Part shown: piece after piece, positions 27,372 to 32,000 of the stretch | How positions within the stretch are numbered: position 1 is the stretch's first letter | How the letters are laid out: each line of letters opens with the position of its first letter | Assembly: GCF_000022265.1 (NCBI RefSeq) | Contig: NC_011979.1 | Location: forward strand, 2,940,001-2,972,000 | Reading direction: 5' to 3' | DNA from: Geotalea daltonii FRC-32 | Lineage (GTDB): Bacteria; Desulfobacterota; Desulfuromonadia; Geobacterales; Geobacteraceae | Length of the DNA: 32,000 nt | Notes under the pieces: generated by a model | Database searches by the model: none | Seen by the model: the letters and a program-made list of their open reading frames with translations, nothing else | What the model was told of the DNA's origin: nothing | Program-made: the position numbers and the translations under genes

Positions 27372-28475
27372 ATGAAAGACACGCGCGTCAGGCAATTGGC
27401 CGAGGTGCTGGTAAATTATTCGACCAAGGTAAAGAAGGGGGACGTGGTCCTCATCTCGGCGACGGGAATGGAGTCGATTCCCCTGGTCAAGGAGCTTTAT
27501 GCCCTCTGTCTGGAGAAGGGGGCCAAATATGTGGAATACGAGTTCAACGTTCCCGATATCAACCGCTATTTCTACAACAATGCCACAGACGAACAGCTCG
27601 CCTATTTTCCCGAGCACAAGCTGGACCAGATGAAGAAGGCTGATGTTTACATCGGCCTCTCCGCTGCTGACAACTCCATGGTCATGGCCAAGGCCGACCA
27701 GAAGAAGATGATAGCCTGGTCCAAGCTGGTGCGCCCCATCGTCGACTGGCGGGTAAAGAATACCAGGTGGGTCATCACCCGTTACCCCACCCACGGCGCC
27801 GCCCAGGAAGCCAAGATGAGCCTGGACGAGTATGAAGATTATCTCTTTGCTGCCTGCTGCATCGACTGGCATGCCGAATCCCTGAAGCAGGACAAGCTGA
27901 AAAAGCTGGTGGATGCCGCCGACAAGGTGCGCATCAAGGCTTCCGATACGGATCTTTTCTTCAGCATCAAGGGACTGCCAGGCATCAAGTGCGACGGCCG
28001 CTACAACATCCCCGACGGTGAGGTCTATACCGCCCCGATAAAAACCTCCGTTGAAGGATACATCACCTACAACTGCCCCACCGTATACCAGGGCAAGGAA
28101 TTCAACGATATCCGCCTGGAATTCAGCAAGGGGCAGATCGTCAAGGCCACCTCCCGCGGGATGGACAAGGAGTTGAACGGCGTCCTGGACACCGACGAGG
28201 GTGCCCGCTACGTGGGAGAGTTTGCCATCGGCGTCAATCCCAACATCCGCGTCCCAATGCGCAACATCCTTTTCGACGAGAAGATCTTCGGTTCCATCCA
28301 TTTCACCCCCGGCCAATGCTACGACGAGTGCGACAACGGCAACCGTTCGGCCGTCCATTGGGACATGGTCAAGATCCTGACCGGAGACGGCGAGCTGTGG
28401 TTCGATGATAAATTGATCCAGAAGGATGGCCGTTTCGTTCACCCGGACCTGCTGGAACTCAACCCTGGTGACTGA
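27372..28475 (+). CDS. M29-family aminopeptidase (AmpS/PepS/aminopeptidase T type)
   Basis: 367 aa. The N-terminus (...LAEVLVNYSTKVKKGDVVLI), an internal PDGEVYTAP, and the C-terminal ...GEFAIGVNP...LFDEKI.GSIHFTPG are as I recall for the M29 family. GGGAGG RBS. Confidence 0.88.
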   Translation: MKDTRVRQLAEVLVNYSTKVKKGDVVLISATGMESIPLVKELYALCLEKGAKYVEYEFNVPDINRYFYNNATDEQLAYFPEHKLDQMKKADVYIGLSAADNSMVMAKADQKKMIAWSKLVRPIVDWRVKNTRWVITRYPTHGAAQEAKMSLDEYEDYLFAACCIDWHAESLKQDKLKKLVDAADKVRIKASDTDLFFSIKGLPGIKCDGRYNIPDGEVYTAPIKTSVEGYITYNCPTVYQGKEFNDIRLEFSKGQIVKATSRGMDKELNGVLDTDEGARYVGEFAIGVNPNIRVPMRNILFDEKIFGSIHFTPGQCYDECDNGNRSAVHWDMVKILTGDGELWFDDKLIQKDGRFVHPDLLELNPGD

Positions 28476-29083
28476 TGCTACTGGAAATCAACCCACAGAA
28501 CCCCCAACCACGGCTTCTCGCCCAGGCTGTAGAAATCCTCGAAAAAGGCGGGGTAGTGGCTTACCCCACCGACACCACCTACGGCATCGGCTGCAGCATC
28601 TTCAACAAGAAGGGCATCGAACGCATTTACGCCATCAAACAGCGTGACAGGAAAAAGCCCTTCTCCTTCATCTGCGCCGACCTCTCCGATATCGCCCATT
28701 ACGCCCGGGTGAGCAACTACGCCTTCAAGGTCATGAAACGGTTCCTGCCAGGGCCATACACCTTCATTCTCGACGCCACCAGCGTTGTTCCCGACCTGTG
28801 CATGACCAAGCAGAAAACCGTCGGTATCCGCATTCCCGCCAACAAGATCTGTCTTGCCATAACCAAGCTCCTGGGGCATCCCATCATCACCACCAGCGCC
28901 AACCTGTCCGGGGAAGACCCCATCGGAGATCCCTTCCAGGTAGAAAATACCCTGGGAAAACTGATCGACCTGACGGTGGACGGCGGGGTACTGACAGCGG
29001 ATGTGAGTTCGGTGGTGAGCCTGATCGGCGACCGCCCGGAGGTTCTGCGTAAAGGGGTCGGGGACGTGAGCTGGTGCGAGTGA
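28475..29083 (+). CDS. tsaC: L-threonylcarbamoyladenylate synthase (YrdC/TsaC-type, single domain)
   Basis: 202 aa. YPTDTTYGIGC, IKQRDRKKPFSFI, LPGPYTFIL, VGIRIP and TTSANLSGE are YrdC-domain motifs. TGATG overlap with the preceding gene. Confidence 0.88.
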   Translation: MLLEINPQNPQPRLLAQAVEILEKGGVVAYPTDTTYGIGCSIFNKKGIERIYAIKQRDRKKPFSFICADLSDIAHYARVSNYAFKVMKRFLPGPYTFILDATSVVPDLCMTKQKTVGIRIPANKICLAITKLLGHPIITTSANLSGEDPIGDPFQVENTLGKLIDLTVDGGVLTADVSSVVSLIGDRPEVLRKGVGDVSWCE

Positions 29084-29094
29084 GGCTCTGCTGA

Positions 29095-29448
29095 ATGCGC
29101 AAGAGAACGGTCAGGCTCGGACTTAACTACATCCTTGTCGCCATGGTGCTGATCACCATCGCCACCTTTTTCCACGAGGAACTGGCCTGGCTCTTTATGC
29201 TGTCGCCGGTGGGGGAAACAGAGCTTGCCCTGACCGGGCTGGTGGTGGGCTGGATGTTCGGCGGGGTGGGGGTAGTGATCGCTGCCGTCGGTTTCCTGCA
29301 GAGTGCGACGCGGGAGGCGGATGTGCAACTGAGGCCGATCATCATCGTCCTAGCGGCAGTACTGGCCATCTTCATGATGCTTTTCTACACCTCCCTCATC
29401 AAACCGGAGGAGCCAAGGCTACGGCCGGGCGAAACTATCACCATTTAA
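29095..29448 (+). CDS. Small hypothetical membrane protein (about 3 TM segments)
   Basis: 117-aa ORF with a basic N-terminus (MRKRTVR) and hydrophobic segments (LNYILVAMVLITIATFF, LTGLVVGWMFGGVGVVIAAVGF, IIIVLAAVLAIFMMLFY). It starts 11 nt after tsaC. No family recognised. Confidence 0.6.
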   Translation: MRKRTVRLGLNYILVAMVLITIATFFHEELAWLFMLSPVGETELALTGLVVGWMFGGVGVVIAAVGFLQSATREADVQLRPIIIVLAAVLAIFMMLFYTSLIKPEEPRLRPGETITI

Positions 29449-29758
29449 TCCCATCCTTATAGGGCGCTTTTTCGTCCAGGCGAATGTCATCCCCTTGCTC
29501 ACTTTACTGGGTAGACAGGATTGCTTGAGCCTTGCATGGCGACCTCCTCGTGACGTTATTCACCAACCTGCTATTGCCCCCTGTTTATCTGATATTTTTG
29601 AAACATTTTCTCCGTAGCTCATTAATTCACAGTATTTAAGATCCGTCCGCCTTTTCCATGACCTTTTTAGGGGTATCTGTTTCTCTGACTTCGAGACCTC
29701 AAAAAATAAGGTATTTTAACATAATTTATATATCATTATACTTAATTAAAAATTATGG

Positions 29759-29787
29759 TTGACACACTTGATATATTTAGTTAAAAA
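29759..29787 (+). promoter_or_regulatory. Candidate sigma70-type promoter inside an AT-rich island upstream of the large surface-protein gene
   Basis: A perfect TTGACA (29759-29764), a 17-nt spacer, then TAAAAA (29782-29787). An A/T-rich UP-element-like tract lies upstream. It would give a ~175-nt 5' UTR. Hexamer match only. Confidence 0.3.
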
Positions 29788-29968
29788 AAGTTGTCATAAT
29801 TTACATTAATCTTGTGGGGCAGGTGTGCATCTTTTAAATGATCCCTTCCGCGTTTTACTCTGGCATAACCTCCGGTATACATATCAATCCTCACTTAAAA
29901 AAGAGGCGTTTCTTGTCCCGTAATGATCCGGGCATGGAGCTAATTTAGTATTTCAAGAAGGAGTCTTC

Positions 29969-32000
29969 ATGGGAAAAAGAATTATCAAACGGATTCATGG
30001 GATGGGAGTTGCTTCCAAACTGGGCCTGGTGATGGTTCTGACTGTGTTGGTCAGCGTATTTATGTACCAGGGACTTTTTAAGCCGAACGGAATTTCAGCT
30101 ACTCCCACCATAAGCAACGCTTGGACCAATGTCTACTCCACTGCGGCATCTACCGCCGCGGTGGATGTAACTTCATCGTCATTTTCAGTCAATACTGGAA
30201 ATACCAACAGACTCTTGCTGGTGGCGGTTCAATTTGAGACCTCTGCAGCGACGACTCTTGTTTCACCACCCACCATCAGCTATGGCGGGGTTAATCTTAC
30301 GCAAATACAGAACACCTTCGCCTTCAGCGGTCGTTCTCATGCCTATATGGGGTATCTGAGGAGCTCGCAGATACCAGCAGGTCTAAACGCCGTGCGTGTG
30401 CAGGCCAGCACCGGAAACAGCAACACCTTTCAGGGGGTGCAGATCGCGGTAGCCTCCTACTTTGATATTGATCAGACCAACCCCATCAACGATAGTTCTC
30501 AGTCGGCAACTGCCAGCGCTTCGGTTACCTTTGGCAGCCAGGTGGATTATGTGGCCAATGGCATTACCGTGTTCTGTGCCACCAATGGTGGCTCACCTGC
30601 TACCTTAACCTCCCCCACAGGATTTACCGGACAAAGCGGTGCCACATCCACGGCAAGTGGCTCGTCCGGTTTCGTTGCATCATCTGCGGTTCATGCTGCT
30701 CCTGGCAGTTATGCCGGCACGACCAGCGTTTCCTTCGGCGGAACCACTTCAACCAGGTCAGCCCTTGTGGTCGCTTCTCTTCGTCCGGCGACAGTCTTGT
30801 CCAATAATGCCGATCTGGGCAGCATGACTATTTCGGCGGGGGAACTGACGCCGGCTTTCAGCAGTACTGTTACTTCCTATACGGCGGCAGTCACTAATGG
30901 GACAAGTTCCATAACCGTAACCCCGACACTGGCAGATGCAAATGCAGAAGTTACAGTCAATGGAGTCGAGGTTGCCAGTGGAACTGCTTCTTCTCCCATT
31001 TCGCTGGCTGTGGGTGACAACACCATTTCGATACGGGTTACGGCGCAGGATGAGGTCACGACCAAAACTTACACCATAGTGGTAAATCGTGCCGCGACCG
31101 GTGGCGGAGGTTCAAATGTCACCTATCATACCCGTGGTCTGACTTCGATAGATCTAATCGCCCATGGAGCAACCAATGTCGTTGCAGAAGGAGATTCCCT
31201 TAACGGTGGTATCTCTTACAACTTTACAGTCGCCACCAATCAATACCGGGCCATAACCAGCACCACAGCCCCATCCGGCACCTATCGAAATCGTCTGCGC
31301 TATGGTGCCGACTGGAGTGGAACAACAGAGGTGTTGCGTTCATATACGTCCAAATACTCTTCTGCCATGACCATCGGTGCCAATGCGACAACACGTATGT
31401 GTGTTTATAACAGGGGCACTGTCAACAACTGTACCGGTTACGCAGAAATCTATGAGTACAATGACAACTCTGGAATAGTCGGTGCCAGGAAAGGCATTAC
31501 GCCCGTCAGCGCTACTTTCTCCGGCTCGACTGCTGTAAACATTGACCTTACTTTCAATAATGCGGCATTTCCGGTCAGTAGCGGTAACAGAGTGGTAGTG
31601 TATTATTACCTCACTGCCAATACCTCCGATCCCTGCATTCTCTATGGTGCCGCATATAATGCCAGTACGCCGGCCGGGACAACCTATTTCACACTCACTG
31701 AGTCTGCAGGCGGCGGCTCTTCCACCAATGCCAACCTCAGCAATCTGGCGCTGTCTTCCGGTACGCTCACACCCGCATTTGCCAGCAGCACCACATCCTA
31801 CACGGCATCCGTTGCCAATACTGTGACCTCGATTACCGTTACGCCGACCGAGGAGGATACAACCGCTACCACCACCGTTAACGGCGTTCCTGTGGAAAGC
31901 GGCACCGCTTCCGGGCCCATCAGCCTGGCGGTAGAGAGCAACACTGTTACTGTTGTAGTCACCGCCCAGGATGGGGTCACAAAAAAGACCTACACGGTGG
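29969..32000 (+). CDS. Large secreted/cell-surface protein (5' part only) with cadherin-like beta-sandwich repeats separated by unrecognised ~200-aa modules
   Basis: I translated this frame by hand from ATG 29969 (AAGGAG RBS 5 nt upstream) to the window end. It gives 677 codons with no stop. The ORF is missing from the supplied track, presumably because it has no stop in the window. The N-terminus MGKRIIKRIHGMGVASKLGLVMVLTVLVSVFMY is a signal peptide or signal anchor. The rest is Ser/Thr/Ala/Gly/Asn-rich with few charged residues. The short + and - strand track ORFs at 30639-30827, 30877-31065, 31644-31826 and 31798-31980 are shadows of this gene. Confidence 0.85.
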   Translation, partial: MGKRIIKRIHGMGVASKLGLVMVLTVLVSVFMYQGLFKPNGISATPTISNAWTNVYSTAASTAAVDVTSSSFSVNTGNTNRLLLVAVQFETSAATTLVSPPTISYGGVNLTQIQNTFAFSGRSHAYMGYLRSSQIPAGLNAVRVQASTGNSNTFQGVQIAVASYFDIDQTNPINDSSQSATASASVTFGSQVDYVANGITVFCATNGGSPATLTSPTGFTGQSGATSTASGSSGFVASSAVHAAPGSYAGTTSVSFGGTTSTRSALVVASLRPATVLSNNADLGSMTISAGELTPAFSSTVTSYTAAVTNGTSSITVTPTLADANAEVTVNGVEVASGTASSPISLAVGDNTISIRVTAQDEVTTKTYTIVVNRAATGGGGSNVTYHTRGLTSIDLIAHGATNVVAEGDSLNGGISYNFTVATNQYRAITSTTAPSGTYRNRLRYGADWSGTTEVLRSYTSKYSSAMTIGANATTRMCVYNRGTVNNCTGYAEIYEYNDNSGIVGARKGITPVSATFSGSTAVNIDLTFNNAAFPVSSGNRVVVYYYLTANTSDPCILYGAAYNASTPAGTTYFTLTESAGGGSSTNANLSNLALSSGTLTPAFASSTTSYTASVANTVTSITVTPTEEDTTATTTVNGVPVESGTASGPISLAVESNTVTVVVTAQDGVTKKTYTV
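30806..31090 (+). repeat. Intragenic repeat copy 1 (cadherin-like beta-sandwich module)
   Basis: NADLGSMTISAGELTPAFSSTVTSYTAAVTNGTSSITVTPTLADANAEVTVNGVEVASGTASSPISLAVGDNTISIRVTAQDEVTTKTYTIVVNR. It fits the L..L..S.G.L.P.F....T.Y...V......V.....d..A.v.vnG........s..i.L..G.N.i.i.VTA.DG...k.Y.i pattern of the bacterial Cadherin-like domain. Confidence 0.6.
31727..32000 (+). repeat. Intragenic repeat copy 2 (cadherin-like beta-sandwich module, truncated by the window end)
   Basis: NANLSNLALSSGTLTPAFASSTTSYTASVANTVTSITVTPTEEDTTATTTVNGVPVESGTASGPISLAVESNTVTVVVTAQDGVTKKTYTV. In my hand alignment, 57 of 91 positions are identical to copy 1. Confidence 0.6.

Noticed and set aside
26799-28442. 547-aa ORF on the - strand, the longest 'unassigned' ORF in the track
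   Set aside because: It lies entirely antisense to dut and the M29 aminopeptidase, both of which have unmistakable family motifs. Its translation is low-complexity (G/V/A/D/L-rich) with no motifs or RBS. It is a typical shadow ORF of GC3-biased genes.
29795-29968. Possible cyclic-dinucleotide (GEMM-I type) riboswitch in the 5' UTR of the surface-protein gene; these are common upstream of extracellular-protein genes in Geobacter
   Set aside because: By eye, the conserved GEMM-I elements I remember are absent (GGCAAA..., ...GACGCAAAGCC..., and the paired tetraloop/receptor hairpins). Only a CCTCCGG fragment occurs. An Infernal scan would be needed to be certain.
1-32000. Searched for mobile-element hallmarks, CRISPR arrays, toxin-antitoxin pairs and defence-system signatures
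   Set aside because: The window contains no transposase, integrase or recombinase-like ORFs and no terminal inverted repeats. It has no regularly spaced direct repeats and no small two-gene cassettes outside the housekeeping operons. The only candidate accessory DNA begins at ~29.45 kb and runs off the window.

Overview
Most of this window is conserved housekeeping DNA. Its gene order looks like a Geobacter/Desulfuromonadales-type genome; that is my inference from synteny and protein sequences, with no search run. The + strand carries three parts. The first (1-8.3 kb) is a translationally coupled chain: dCMP deaminase, nrdR, ribD, ribE, ribBA, ribH, nusB, hom. The second (15.5-25.5 kb) is rimP, nusA, a ylxR/L7Ae fusion, infB, rbfA, nrnA, truB, rpsO, pnp. 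The third (25.5-29.4 kb) is an M16 peptidase, dut, an M29 aminopeptidase, tsaC and a small membrane protein. The - strand (8.8-15.3 kb) carries an MBL/class-II phosphodiesterase-like gene, an Mla-like ABC/MCE module, a TPR lipoprotein, thrC and a HAD hydrolase. I saw no rRNA, tRNA, CRISPR array, transposase or integrase. The less ordinary parts are: (1) the Mla-like module, whose only ATPase-like subunit has every catalytic ABC motif substituted; (2) a DUF4388-like gene plus membrane-protein pair at the left edge; (3) at the right edge, a 520-nt intergenic region with a ~17% GC island, followed by a long ORF (29969 to beyond 32000) that is missing from the supplied ORF track because it never reaches a stop. 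That ORF encodes a secreted, Ser/Thr/Ala/Gly-rich modular protein with cadherin-like beta-sandwich repeats. I found no clear novel multi-gene system. The findings below are ranked accordingly, and all family assignments come from motif recognition by eye.
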